DNA from: the human T2T-CHM13v2.0 reference genome, Homo sapiens
Assembly (NCBI RefSeq): GCF_009914755.1
Contig: NC_060926.1
Direction: 5' to 3' (one strand)
DNA: 64,000 nucleotides
Part shown: one piece after another, positions 1 to 14,352 of the stretch
Layout: the number at the start of each line of letters is the position of its first letter
Numbering within the stretch: position 1 is the stretch's first letter
Notes under the pieces: model-generated
The model's input: the letters and a program-made list of their open reading frames with translations, nothing else
Told to the model about the DNA's origin: nothing
Databases searched by the model: none
Translations under genes and position numbers: made by a program

Positions 1-478
1 TCTAAACTTCTTACTCTGATTTACAAAGCCTGGCTTCTACCCACCTTGAAAATATAATTTCCTGTCATCTCTCCTTTGCTAAAAATGTACCAGCCATCCT
101 TCATCTCCCACCTCAGGGACTATATGCTCTTTCTCTGCTGTGAACACTGTTTGAATTCCAGGATTCTTTTCGCCCTCCATGCCTCTGTTTAAATATTACC
201 TCCTTAGAAAGGTTTTCTTCCTGACCACTTCATTTAACTATGGTCCTCAGCCCCCTGAATCACCTCCATTATTTTCTTTTACAACACCTCTGCCCCCGAT
301 TTCTTTCATAACACTTTTCAAAAATCTGTGATTATTTATCTAATTTATTCACTTTTTAATTAGCTGTCTTTCTCTGGGCTAAAATCTTCTTTAGGGCAGG
401 GATATTGTCTACTTTGCTTATATTTGCAACCCCAGAGTCCAACAGTGTTAGTCACACAGGAAATGATAAATAAACAAG
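1..478 (+). mobile_element. L2 LINE 3' fragment (degraded)
   Basis: L2-type 3' motifs: aatattacctccttagaaagg..ttcctgacc, agggcagggatattgtct, tail ataaataaac. Boundaries approximate. Confidence 0.6.
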
Positions 479-714
479 CAGACAGACCAGTGTTACGTGG
501 ATCATCATTGACCGCAGTCTTGTCTATCACTGCTTATTCACTTCTGTCCCAAGCATTCACTTGACTTCCATTATTCAAAATAAACATTTCAAAGGTATTT
601 TAAGTTCTATTACGTTATCACCATTGACTTAAATTTAAAAATAATAGAAGTGTGTTCACTAATCTTCCAAATATTTAAATTTGATAGCTTAGTTCTTTTC
701 TCCATAAACCAAGT

Positions 715-1050
715 GTATTAGTTTGTATTCAGTGACAAATGACCATAAAAATTCCAGTGACTTAATATGATAAAAGTTTATTTTTACACTTGTTCCATAT
801 CCCAGGCACATCAGGAGGGGATTTTGTTCCACATAGTCACTCAGAGATGCAAACGGACGAACAGAGCTCTTACTGCCTTGCAAATGTGCAGTGGGTCGTG
901 GTGCCTCCTCAGTATCAATGGAAGAGAAAAAATAAATTAGAAATTGCACATACGTTTCCCTTACTCCAGAAATGGCACACCATACTTCTGCTCATTGGCC
1001 AGCACTAGTGACATGATCCTACCTAAGTGCAGGAGCCAGTAAGTGAAGAA
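715..1050 (-). mobile_element. ERVL-MaLR solo LTR (MLT1J/K/L-like)
   Basis: Starts tgtattagtt; contains acttctgctcattggccagcactagtgacatg, typical of old MLT1 LTRs. Confidence 0.6.
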
Positions 1051-1989
1051 CTTAGGAAACGTTCCTCCCTCTGCCACTCCTGCTATACCATCCAAATGAT
1101 ACAGATCACAATCTTAAAATTTCTCAGAATTTCTTGCCTTTGTATCACCTATCAGGAATGTGTATGTGTGTATATTGCTCAGTTAAGTATATGGCACTTA
1201 TTTGTAATGTGATTCAATTTATGAGTATTTTTAATAGAAATGAGCAGTTACTATGCATAACACATGTGGAACAAAACCTTGAAAGATCATATGCTCTGTA
1301 ATGTACTTTGGAAATTAATATAATAAAAGCAATAGTATAACAGTGGGTGGAAAAAATAGAAATAAGAAAAATGACAAATATTATTTATTCAGCCATAAAT
1401 ATAAATACAACCTCAAGTGTAATTTGTCCTTTCAATCTGACAACAACATATATACAGAAACATATAAAAGAAAAAAATTCCAGTGGCTCTCCATTGCTCT
1501 CTAGATCAAAAACTCTTCACTGTAAATGTCAAAGTCTTCCATCAGTTAATACTACCTTGTCTGCAGTACTCTTTCAGAAATGTATCTTTATTTGTGCTAA
1601 AGACTTGGCTGAGCACTAGCAATCACAGTGTGATTATCCTCACAACAGAAGTACCTGTAAATGCTGTAGAAATAGAAGAGAGTTAGAAAACGCTTCATAG
1701 AAGCAGCAACATTTGATCACAGTCTTAAAGAATGATCTGGCAGGAGAGAACAGGGAGTGGGGACTCCAGTACAAATTATTCCACAAAGCTCCAGAAAGGG
1801 ATTTGTGCCCAACTATATTGCATATCAATACAAATCTGATGTACGTATCCTTAGTCAGGTCATGCTTGATGGGGAGCACGCCAAAGAAATCTTGGCAGCC
1901 CACATGAGCGGAAGTTTGTTATGTATAAAAAAAATTGAAGGTATTCTATAAAAGAACATAGCATGTGCAATGTCACAGGAAAATGAAAA

Positions 1990-4875
1990 TTCATGGCAAA
2001 TATCAAACTGATAAATACCAAAAGGCTATGGGTAAGCCTCTCACACATTGCTAGTGGGAAGGCAAAAAGTACAACTCCCATGGAGAAGAATTTGGCCCCC
2101 TCTTGAAAAATCACATACACATTGTCATTTGACTCAGCAATTCCTTTTCTAGGAATCTATCCCAAAACTGACATTGGCAAAAACATGAAAAGACATTATG
2201 TACAAGGCTATTGATTGCATTACTACTTTTAAAACCAAAAATGCAAAAACAAAACTAATTCCATTAACAGCCACTGGCTGAATAAACAATGATCCAACTA
2301 TGCAAGGTAGACTCTGCAGCTGTAAAAGAAATGGAGACTCTCTTTATCTACCACTATGGAATATCTCTAGCATATATTTAAATGAAAAAGTAAAGTGGGG
2401 GAAAGTTAGTAGAATGTGCCACCATTTTTCTAGAAGAGACATGAATATTTATGTTGAATGCATGAAATTGCTGTTTTTTTAGGTTAAAAGGCAGTGAAAT
2501 ATCTAAAATTTGATGTGGTTTTGTCTAATGTATATGTATTAGCCTATATATTTTAAGGAAAAAGACTAAATTTGTAAATAATATTTTCAAGACAGAATGA
2601 CATATATGCCAGATTTGCCTGGAAAAGTTCCAGTTTATTCTTCTCTTCAAAGTGCAATTATTAATAGAACCCCTTTTCACTTTTGAAAATGTCTCAATGT
2701 AGACCAAAGTTATATGGTCATTTGGAGGATAGGGAGAAAAAGGTGGAGAGGACCGGTGGAAATGAAGAAATAAAAGTGTGAAGAGCAGAAATACAAGTTT
2801 GACTTGTTTTAACATATTTGTTTGTCAATTTTACTTTGAAAACATGTAAATATTTTAAATAATGATAAAAATTAATTTAAAAAGCAGTTCTTGAAATTCA
2901 AGAGCAAAAAGAAATATGTAAATCTAAATGTATATCACTTGATGGCGTAACCATACAAAACTATTTAGAATGGCATAAGAATGCAATTCCCCAGTAAGGG
3001 AAAAAAACCTAGAAACATGTCTTAAAAAGAGGAACGAAGATAAAGACGTAGAATTAACAGGTTGGATAAATATCCAATAGCACTGAATTTGAATTAAAAG
3101 TAGCGGTATGAGTTCAGAATGTCTTTATATTAAAAAGAAACAAACGAAAAACATATTTCCTGTCTGTTTCTAAAAAGCCTAGAAACAATGACTGATTCAG
3201 TAGCTCTGAGCATCCCCAGTGTTCACATTGTGGTCACCAATATGAACTATTTCTAAATGGAGCCAGAAATCCTTTGAGAAATGGATGCCTACAGATCTAA
3301 GGTAGGAAAATTCCAAGATAAGCCTGGAAATTATTTTCACATAAGAAAGCAAAAAAGCTGTTAAAGACTACTACTAAAGTCTAGTAAAAAGGGTTCAGAT
3401 GGCAACATGAATAGGCTCTCATTGGCCGAAGGGAGTAAGGGAATCTAGGATTTATCCTGCCTCTCTGTAATTAGCTATTCCTCAAGACAAGAAATTACAT
3501 CATAAGGGAAACTTCCCTTTATGGAATTGCTCCAGCTGATGAACTATGAAATGTTTTTAAAATTAGGATATTTTCATTTTGCAATTCTGAATGAATTAAT
3601 GGATCTAGAAAATGACCATCAATAGCTAAGAATATAAAAGGAGTTGTAATCAGATATTATATAACTCCTGAGAAGGCACACACCACCACCTCTGAAGTTG
3701 TCTGATAAAGCATTTTTTTTTATTTTACTTTAAGTTCCAAGATACACGTGCAGAATGTGCAGGTTTGTTACATAGGTGTACATGTGCCATGGTGGTTTGC
3801 TGCACCTATCAACCTGTCATCTAGGTTTTAAGCCCTGCATGCCTTAGGTATTTGTCCTAATGCTATCCCTCCGCTTGCCCCCCTACCTCCCAACAGGCCC
3901 CAGTGTATGTTGTTCCCCTCCCTGAGTCCGTGTGTTCTCATTGTTCAATTCCCACTTATGAGTGAGAAAATGCAGTGTCTGGTTTTCTGTTTCTGTGTTG
4001 GCTTGCTGAGAATGATGACTTCCAGCGTTATCCATGTCCCTGCGAAGGACATGAACTCGTTCTTTTTTTATGGCTGCATAGTATTCCATGGTGTATATGT
4101 GCCATATTTCCTTTATCCAGTCTATCATTGACAGGCATTTGGGTTGGTTCCAAGTCTTTGCTATTGCAAATAGTGCTGCAATAAACATACGTGTGCATGT
4201 GTCTTTATGGTAGAATGATTTATAATCCTTTGGGTATATACCCAGTAATGGGATTGCTCAGTCGAATGGTATTTCTGATTCTAGATCCTTGAAGAATTGC
4301 CACACTGTCTTCCACAATGGTTGAACTAATTTACTCCCACCAACAGTGTAAAATCATTTCTATTTCTCCACAGCCTTGCCAACATCTATTGTTTCCTAAC
4401 TTTTTAATAATTGCCTTTCTGACTGGCGTGAAATGGTATCTCATTGTGGTTTTGATTTGCATTTCTCTAATGATCAGTGATGATGAGCTGTTTTTCATAT
4501 GTTTCTTGGCCATGATAATGCATTTAGGTCCAACAGTTAATATACAGGAAATACAAGGAACACTACAAGATGCAATCAGCAAAATCTAGACTGTGAGAAA
4601 TTCTATGAGAAAACGACTTGGTTTCTTCAACAAATAAGTGTAAGAGGAGGGAAAAAAAACACAGGTAGAATCTATAGACTTAAAGAGACTTAAGAAATAT
4701 ATTAAACAATTGCAATGTATAGACCTAGCTCTTGATTCAAACAAAATGTAAACCAGAAAATGAATCATTTATAAGATAATAATCAGAGAAGTGCAAACAG
4801 TAACTTGATATTTAGTTCTTGAATTATTGTTCATTTTTTAAAATTGTGATAATTATATTTTGGTTACTGTATTTT
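1990..4875 (+). mobile_element. Old L1MC/L1ME 3' end (ORF2 end + 3'UTR), interrupted by an L1PA
   Basis: cattgctagtgggaaggc, tttgactcagcaattccttttctaggaatctatccc; resumes after 4525 with aaatctagactgtgagaaattcta..gtttcttcaacaaata. Confidence 0.65.
3716..4512 (-). mobile_element. 5'-truncated L1PA (PA8-PA10-like) 3' end with TSD
   Basis: Poly(T) at ~3713; ORF2 C-terminal peptides in ORFs 3883-4188 and 4331-4582; TSD tgataaagcattt (3703-3715) / tgataatgcattt (4513-4525). Confidence 0.9.
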
Positions 4876-6079
4876 AAAGACCCCTGCATATTTTCTATTG
4901 CCAAAACAAATGCAGTACTCTGTACTCTAACCTCTTCCCTGTGGCAATCTTAATGAAATGACTAGTTTCCTTAAATTGCTGTGTAAGGACACTGCTTCGG
5001 GAAGGTTTTTTCACCTTACCCTATCACTTTAAACATTCAGCACCATCTAATCTTCATAATACACTTCATAATTATAACATATCGCTATAGGTATTGTATC
5101 ATGGTGGAAAGAAAGAAATAAAACAAGCAAACAAAAACCTCAAATACTTTATTGGCAGTTGCTAGAGGTCCGAATAAGCAATTTGTTTTTTCTCATTCGA
5201 AACACACATTTATGCCCTCGGCCTTGCCCCACTTTCTCTTCCTGCAGGATTCCACTTCCGATATCAGACCCAGAAGGGCTAATGCCAAAACCAAAGGATT
5301 AACTCTGGGCTGACCATGAGCAGAGGATGACTGTGGTGTCACCTTGCAAATAATGCCTAGAGAAATTTTCAGAATATCTGAGGGTAGTTGGACCAGATTG
5401 CCAATTGGAATATAAGAAAATCAGTTCACATACCAGAAGAGAGAGGTAACAACGGGAGGAAAGTTGGAACAGGTGTTGAGAAACTAAGTTTAGCTGAGTA
5501 ATAAGAATGGAATCCAGGTTAAAGATAGAGTCAGAAGAAACAGATGGAACAGGAGTTGAGCAGTAAGCAATATTGAATAACTAGAGCAGGAACAGTGTCA
5601 GAACCAGAACCAAGAGAAATAGTGAAGTCAGGTCTCTGTAGCAACAGAGATCAGAAACTTATTTTAAAGAAGATTTCCCTGGAGGCACAGGGTCATTTCT
5701 AAGGCATGGGCTGGAAGCTTTTATTTAAAACTTTACATGTCTTAGAAGCACTCTGGTTGTTGCTAGGCAGACAATTTTACATCTCTTGCTATACCAGTTG
5801 CATGAAGTTCATCATGCATATTGGCTGTGGAAAACCTTAACAGCATCATGTCGTAAGGTTTCAGTAAGGTTTAAATGAAATCATGTATTAAGCACTTAGT
5901 ATAGTGCACCTTAAATGTTAGCTTCAAAACAATGACAACCTAACTAATGTTGAAAGAAGCTTGTGTTTGTAAATTATGTCTTATTGAAAGATGTCATCAA
6001 ATCCTGTTATTTCTAATCCCTTAAAGTCTCTCAATGTATTTCTTTTTGCCATATCCAATGACAGGACCTTAGTTTAAGC

Positions 6080-6440
6080 CAGTGGTTCTCTCAACTTCTA
6101 ATCCAGAGATACCTGGGTGTCCCCAAGACCTTTTCAGAGCATCCTTGATGTCAAAACCATTTTCATAATAATATTAAAATATTATTTGCTCATTGTACTC
6201 TTATTCTCTCCCAAATATTCAGCGAGTTTTCCAGAAGCTATATAACATGTGGTAACATCTTATCACTCTGACGATTAATAGAATATGTGTTTTTGTATTC
6301 TTGTGTTTTAAAATTTTCTCACTTTGTGTTTCTAATATGGTAACGATTAATAGATATGGTCTCCATGACCAGAGGTCTTTAAAGTCATCAATAATTTTTA
6401 AGAGACTAAGAACTATCACTTTAAAGATTGAGAACTACCA
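6080..6440. mobile_element. hAT-Charlie non-autonomous DNA transposon
   Basis: Terminal inverted repeats cagtggttctc (6080) ... ttgagaactac (6428-6438); internal ccccaagacc..tcaaaaccattttcataataata. Confidence 0.75.
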
Positions 6441-7919
6441 TCATAATTTGCTTCTTTAGCTTTTACAATGCCTTCTAATGCATCCCTGCCTCCTTCTAAT
6501 TTCTTCAAAGTCCCCAGCACATGGCATTGCTGCATGACACTCCCTAGAAGATGAGAGTGGTCATCTGACAATGGGCAGTGGGCAAATGTGATCCAGGTCT
6601 AGTTGTCTGATAAAGGAAGGTGGTTCCCTTCCATTTCTTTCCTCTTGTCTGCAAGCTGCAAGGTGGGCTAGGGTGTGATAAGCCAGTGTCAACATGTGGA
6701 TGAAAACCACACCTACCTTCTCCAGATGGTCTGCCAAAGTCTAAAATTTTTTGTGGAAAAAGTAATCTCAACCAAAATCTTCATGACCTTAATCGCTAGG
6801 TAAATTTTCTAGCTATTTCAAGGTTTCTAGCTAGGTTCCCACTAAGGCCTGCTCTGAACAACCTTTGATTTTTAAAATTTATTCTTCATTGAATATTTAT
6901 GAAGTTTGGTAGGCACTGGGCACAATGCTGGAGTAATACTTAGTCAACATCATGGGACAACCTCAAATAATTTGGGATAACACCATGGGACAACCATCAA
7001 CACCACGGGATCCAAAATCAAGGAAAAGGTGTCTTGACAGAGCAAAGTGACAGGGGACCCAGGGTGTCAATAACCAGAAGCCTGATCACACAGATTCTGG
7101 GTCTGCACACAAGTGGCAGGACCTCAACATGTAACAGTATTCCAGATTATTGGAGGGGGATAGGTAAGGACACAGTGGGACACTGGTCACTGGCTCAGAA
7201 TGTAAGGTACTGAGTGGGATCAGTGCAGAGGAGTGCTTGGGTGTGACGAAAGTAACAGGAGCACATCTTACATCAAGCCTGGGCTGTTCTAGAACCGAGT
7301 TCAAGACTGAGCATGCAGGCAGGTAAGGGATCCAAGATCATCAAGAGCTAGAGGAGGCCAGAGAAGGAGAAATGCTTCTGCAATCACAGGTGATATGTGC
7401 GTGAGGGTGGAGTTATGTATTTCATTGACATGGCTTTTCACGTGAAAAAGGCACGTATTTTCCCAGCTAATTTTTTTTGTTGTTTAAAATGAGAATGTAA
7501 CCTCTTTTGGAGATTGGCAGTATTAATACATTTCTACTGAAAATAATTTCCAATTTTATATAATTTTTAGGCCAAACCATATAAAATTGCTGTTTTATGG
7601 ATCAAACAGATCAGTTACTGTTGATTTTTGTATGGTTCACCTATCAACTTGCCACTTCGCCATGTCGTATTCCTGTTTGCAATGATTGATTTAATAATTT
7701 ACATATTCAAACTGTGATAATGGGGGCTTTGATAGTCCATGATGCTAAACAGTGCTGAAGGTATGATTTTTTTCAGGGCGAGCTGTTGTTTCATTTGTTC
7801 ATTCCATTTAGCTCCCTAAGTGAAAAGAACATTTTTAAAAACAGGTGAAATGAATAAACTCATTCGTCCCTCAAACCAGAAATTATTTGAGGTTATCAAT
7901 AACTTCTCCATGGAAGAGT

Positions 7920-8335
7920 TTGTTAGAGTTTTGGTCAGGAAAACAAAGTCTCTAGGTATGTTGAGTAGAAAGAAAATTATTACATGGGATTCGAAGGCTT
8001 ACACAACCATAGAAAGATTAAAGTAATGAAGGACAGAAAGGCCTCTTTTGGGAAATCTGGATATGAAAGAATTGTAGACAACCACTACCAAAGTTCTCAG
8101 ATACCTGCAGCATCAGAGTAGCTGATACATAAGACTTCATCAAAATGCCACAAGGGAAACCTCATCTCTACGATTTACCAACACTTAGGATCTGTCTAAA
8201 GCTGAAGAGTAATGGCTTTCGCTTTTCTTCTTTCTTACAAGTCTCATGCAAGTACTTCTTATTATTGGTGCTATCTCACTAACTAGAATTCTGCTGGCAA
8301 GGGAGTCTGTGGAATGTAGTTTCTAGGTTTTACAC
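7920..8335 (-). mobile_element. Old ERVL/MaLR LTR
   Basis: gcaagggagtctgtggaatgtagtttctagg motif; tgttagagttttggtcaggaaa start. Confidence 0.5.
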
Positions 8336-9814
8336 CCCTGTGGTAGAGCAGGGAACCCAGAAGAGCTTTAGCCTATGTTAATGCCATTGTTATTAATTAG
8401 ACTATGTGTAGGGTCCGTGGAGTAGAAGAAATGAGTTAAAAGCAGAAAGAGAAGGTAAGGGAAGTATGTGACAACCCCAATTCTTTCTCTCAAGTGAGTG
8501 ACCCTTTTCACTTTATTTTCCCAACTCTTCTAGCTCTTTCTCTATTGTGGACAAAGGGAGATACTGCTAACACCCAAACCCTACAGGTATGAGTATGGGT
8601 GTGAGTGTACATGTTTCCTGTGGGATCCACAAAAGAAAGACTCTCAGAGTTATTTTTCTTTCAGTCTCTACACTTTCCTTCACTCAAAGAATAAAGTCAT
8701 ATCTATAATTTTTGTATGGAGGGAGTTTAAAGTGTTTGAAAATACATAACACATTAACCTGGAAAAAGAGACATCTGGTATTCTAAGCTATGACATCAAA
8801 TGCATCCTTTATCCATTATTGTCCACTTAAAATATAAATTGATGTGTTATTTTTAATGAAAATGTAATTTTCTGCTTGGTAAAAATGCCCCCAGACTCCC
8901 TATTTCAGCTTCTCAGATTGATTGTTTAAGAAATCAGTGGCAGAGCTAAGCCATGGGGCTTTCACGGTAATTACATCCGATTCCTGGACATTATATTAAT
9001 GCTGAGCTATTAGGATAAAAATGGCCACAGATGTACTTTTCATTTGTATTTTCATAATAACATTTATCTATGGAAGACACCTAATATGTGATAATGGAAA
9101 GTTGGTGTTTTTTTAAGATACATTTTAAAAGGCTAATCCCTTATGATTTGACCACAATAGTTCACTGTCGTGAAATTCTATCATTTTTTTCAATATGTCA
9201 ATGTTAATTCATTTTACAATCTGGTTAAGTCTAGCTTGGTGGTCAGGCGTTAAAGCTGTATTAAAGCTGTAATAGTTGACTGTCTCCTACATTGTCCTTT
9301 AGAATTTTTTTTAGAGTCATAAATTTGAGGGGAATTATCTGTGATAATAGTGTTTCTTGTTATGTAGAATTGCTTATATTGATATTTGATATAATTTTCA
9401 AGATCCGAAAAGAGATGAATGAAATTACTTGGATAAATACCAATACATGTATCTCCCTTCAGATTAGTTATTTTTTCCTGGACCTAAATACGTATTCAGC
9501 TCCATCGTAGAAAATATATTTTAAATATTGAAAATTTAACACACATATAATTCTACTATCCAAAAGTATTACCATTTTTTAAAAGATGTATCTTTTTTTC
9601 AATTATCTATGTGCCAGGGTAGATGTGTGTATGTGCATGCACATGTGAATGAGAATGCATCTTCCGTAGACAATTCAGATTAGGAATATGCCATCTTTTA
9701 TTTACCATTTAAATACAGGAGATTTTATCAACACTTATTATTGGAAAAGTAAAATCTGAGGACAGACTAATTTTTACTGCTTCATAGATTACCTAAAAGT
9801 TCTAGAGATCTGGA

Positions 9815-10875
<1,061 letters not shown>

Positions 10876-11871
10876 CAGATGTTTTAGGGCCCTCCAGAGA
10901 AACAGAACCAATCGAATATATAAATATACATATAGAAGAGAAGATGTATTATGGGAATTGATTCACGTGATTATGGAGGTAGAGAAGTTCCACAATATGC
11001 CATCTGCAAGCTGGAGAACCAGGAAAGCCCATAGTGTGATTCAGTCTGATTCCAAAAGCTTGAGAACTACAGGAGCAGATGGTGTGACTCTCAGTACAAG
11101 ACGCAAAGCCTGAGAGCCTGGGGAACTCCTGATTTAAGACCAAGAAGTCAAAGATGAAAGGAGTTGGGTGGTGCAATTTTCAGAATCCAAAGGCCAGAGA
11201 ACCTGAAGTTCTAACGTCCAAGGGCAGAAGAAGATGGGTGTCCAGCTCCAGAAAAGAGCAAATTTGCCCTTTCTCTGTGTTTTTGTCCTATCAGAGCCCT
11301 GAGGGATTGGATGATGTCTGCCTACATTGGTGAGGGTGGATCTTCTTTACTGGATCTACCGAATTGAATGCTAATCTCTTCTGGAGACATCTCACAGAAG
11401 TACAGTCAGAGGTCACTTAACAATGAAAATATATTCTGAGAAATGTGTCATTAGGTGATGTTTTTTATTGTGCAAGCATCATAGAGTGTACTTACCCAAA
11501 CCTAAATGATACAGCCTGCTACACACCTAAGCTGTATGGTGTAGTCTGTTGTTCCTGGGCTACAAATCTATGTAGCGTGTTACTATACTGAATACCGTAG
11601 GCAATTGTAACACAATGGTAAGTATTTGTGTATATAAATATATCTAAGCATAGAAAAGTTATAGTAAAAATATACTACAATTGATTTTTTTTAATGGTCC
11701 ACCCATGTAGGGCACTTACATGAATGGAGAATGCAGGGCTGGAAGTTGCTCTGGGTGAGTCAATGAGGAAGTGGTGAGTGACTGTGTAGGCCTAGGACAT
11801 TACTGTACATACTGGAGACTTCATAAACACTGTACACTTAGGCTACACTAAACTTAATTTTTTTTTAATTT

Positions 11872-12163
11872 GGCTGGGTGTGGTGGCTAACAGCTGTAAT
11901 CTTAACACTGGGAGGCCAAGGCAAGAGGGTCACTTGAGCCCAGAAATTCAAGACCAGCCTGGGAAGCATAGCAAAACTCTGTCTCTGCAAAAAATTTAAA
12001 AATTAGCTGGGCATAATGGTGTGCACCTGTGGTCTCAGCTACTTGGGAGGCGAGGCCAAAGGATCCCTTGAGCCTGGAAGGTCAAGGCTGCAGTGAGCTG
12101 TGTTTGTACTAGTGCACTTCAGCCTGGATGACAGAGCAAGATCCTGTCTCAAAAAAAAAAAAA
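11872..12163 (+). mobile_element. AluJ inserted in Tigger3
   Basis: ggctgggtgtggtggct..cttgagcccagaaattcaagaccagcctggg..ggtcaaggctgcagtgagc; poly(A) 12151-12163. Confidence 0.92.
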
Positions 12164-12639
12164 TTATTTCTTCGATAATAAATTAATTTTAACTTACTGT
12201 AACTTTTTTACTTCATTAAATTTTACACTTTTAAACTTTTTGACTATTTTATAATAAAATTTAGCTTAAAATACAAACACATTGTACAACTATACAAAAT
12301 AATTTTTCTTTGTATCCTTATTCTATAAGCTTTTCTCTATTTTTAATTTTTTTGTTTTATTTTATTTTTTATTTAAAAATTAAGACACAAAAATACACAT
12401 TAGCCTAGGCCTACAAAGGATCAGGATCATCAATATTACTGTCGTCCTCCTCCACATCTTGTTCCACTGGAAGGTTTTCAGGGACAATGATATGCATGGA
12501 GCTGTCATCTGCTGTGCTAACAATGCCTTCTTCTGGAATGCCTCCTGAAGTATTTGTCTAAGGCTCTTCTTGAGGAGGTGTCACTCTTTTCACAAATATG
12601 TCCATGGTGGTTTGCTTGTTTTTTTTTTTGTTTGTTTGT

Positions 12640-14352
12640 TTTTTAACATCATGAAATTGCCTGTAATCAGATAATGCACCACGAGCATTTCTTTCTACTA
12701 GTGGAAATATTTCATTGTTGGGTATATGTTTTCAAAATTTTTAAGAAGCTTATTGAGGTTTGCAAAAGCTTCTGCTAAGCCCTTCACTGTGAATTTTTGG
12801 GAGTATTTGTCTTCTATAGTTCCCTTTTCTCTTGTCTCTTCTTCAGCTACGCATTCCTGTTCTATTTCCAATGATTCCTCATTAGTCAATTCCTCAGGAA
12901 TCACCTCTAGGAGTTCTTCAATGTCATCTTCATCCACACCTGGTTAACGTTGTTTGCCATATCAATCACAACCCTGTTGATTTTTGCAACCTCTTCATCC
13001 TTAGCAAATCCTGTGAAGTCATGGATGACTCTTCAGTGTCTTCTTCCAGATACAATTCATACACCCCACGGCAACATCACCCCAAGTCCAAACAAGGTTC
13101 ATGATGCAGTCACAGATGTTGTCTTTCCACAATTTCAGTGTCTTCCTCAGTTGCAGCAATAGCCTAAACTAAGGTCCTCCATAGGTTGTAGGCCTTAAAA
13201 GCTGTTATAACTTCTTGATCTATTTATTGAATCAAAGAGGTGATGTTTGGAGAGAGAAACACCACTTTGATGTTGGGATGAAGCTCACCAGTAAAAGGAG
13301 GATGTGCAAGAGCATTATCAACAATGAACAAAACCTTGAAAAATATCTTATTCTCCAAACAGTACTTCTCCATTTCACTGGCATAGCAATTGAGGAGGGC
13401 ATTGGAAGAGGAGCTGGGCTGTCCATGACTTCTCATATTGCTCTTGTAGTACACTGGCCTGTGTACTTATTGATATAAGTACAATATTAAAATAAATACA
13501 ATGTGTGCACTTATTGATGTGCTGGAAGGCCCTGGGGTTCTCACTGTGCCAAATCACAAAGAGTTTCAATTTATAGGCTATAGCATTGCTCCCAAGTGGG
13601 ACTGTTATACTGTCCTTATGAACCTTGAAACCTGGCATTTGTTTGGCCTCCTTGTGGGTGAAAGCTCTTCAAGCATTCATTTCCAGAATGGAAAGGTTTC
13701 ATCTGTATTAAAAATGTGCTTGAGCAAGTATTAGGTTGGTGCAAAAGTAATTCCGGTTTTTGCCATTATGGCAAAAACCGGAATTACTTTTGCACCAACC
13801 CTAATAATTTTTCTCCACAATCAGCTTATGTAGAGAGTTTCCAAAAGTTCTTCAACTGCCTTCACTGCACTCGCAGATTCAGCACTCACTTTCACATTGT
13901 ATAATGAATAACAATTCTTGAATCATTTAAAATACCCAAAACTAACAATAAATTCAGCATGGTAATCAGGTAGAGCCTTTTCTTTCAACATCAAAAACAA
14001 ACTTTTTGCTTGTGTCATGATTTTCATGGTGCTGAGAGGAATATACTTCTGTGTCTAGTCTTCAATCCAGGTCATTAGAAGTTTCTGTATGTTTGATATA
14101 GGTCTTTTTAAAATTGTGTTAGTTGCATTGCCTTCAGAGAAGCAGATTCTTTAACAGTTTCTGTTACTTTGCTCATGTCCTTCAGGATTGTAACCATCAT
14201 GGAATGGGACATGCCTGACTGCGAACAATAACTATCACTGATTTTTCACCTTTGTAGTTCTTAATCACTTTTAATTTCGTTTCGAGGTCAGTCACTGAAC
14301 ATGACCTCTTTTTGGCAACATTAGCGGTGGATTTTGAAGACTTAGAGGCCAT
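12640..14352 (-). pseudogene. Tigger3 transposase pseudogene (CENP-B-like HTH + DDE)
   Basis: ATG at 14352 reads MASKSSKSTANVAKKRSCSVTDLETKLKVIK; fragments KVLFIVDNALAHP..IKVVFLSPNITSLIQ (13224-13454) and acidic DEDDIEELL (12698-12937); frameshifts, stops and a MADE1 insertion. Confidence 0.88.
13731..13804. mobile_element. MADE1 (Hsmar1-derived MITE) inserted in the Tigger3 transposase
   Basis: ttaggttggtgcaaaagtaatt... TIRs; TA TSD at 13729-13730 and 13805-13806. Confidence 0.95.

Noticed and set aside
12698-13638. Domesticated TIGD/CENP-B-like gene
   Set aside because: Multiple frameshifts and stops, a MADE1 insertion and retained TIRs indicate a dead transposon.
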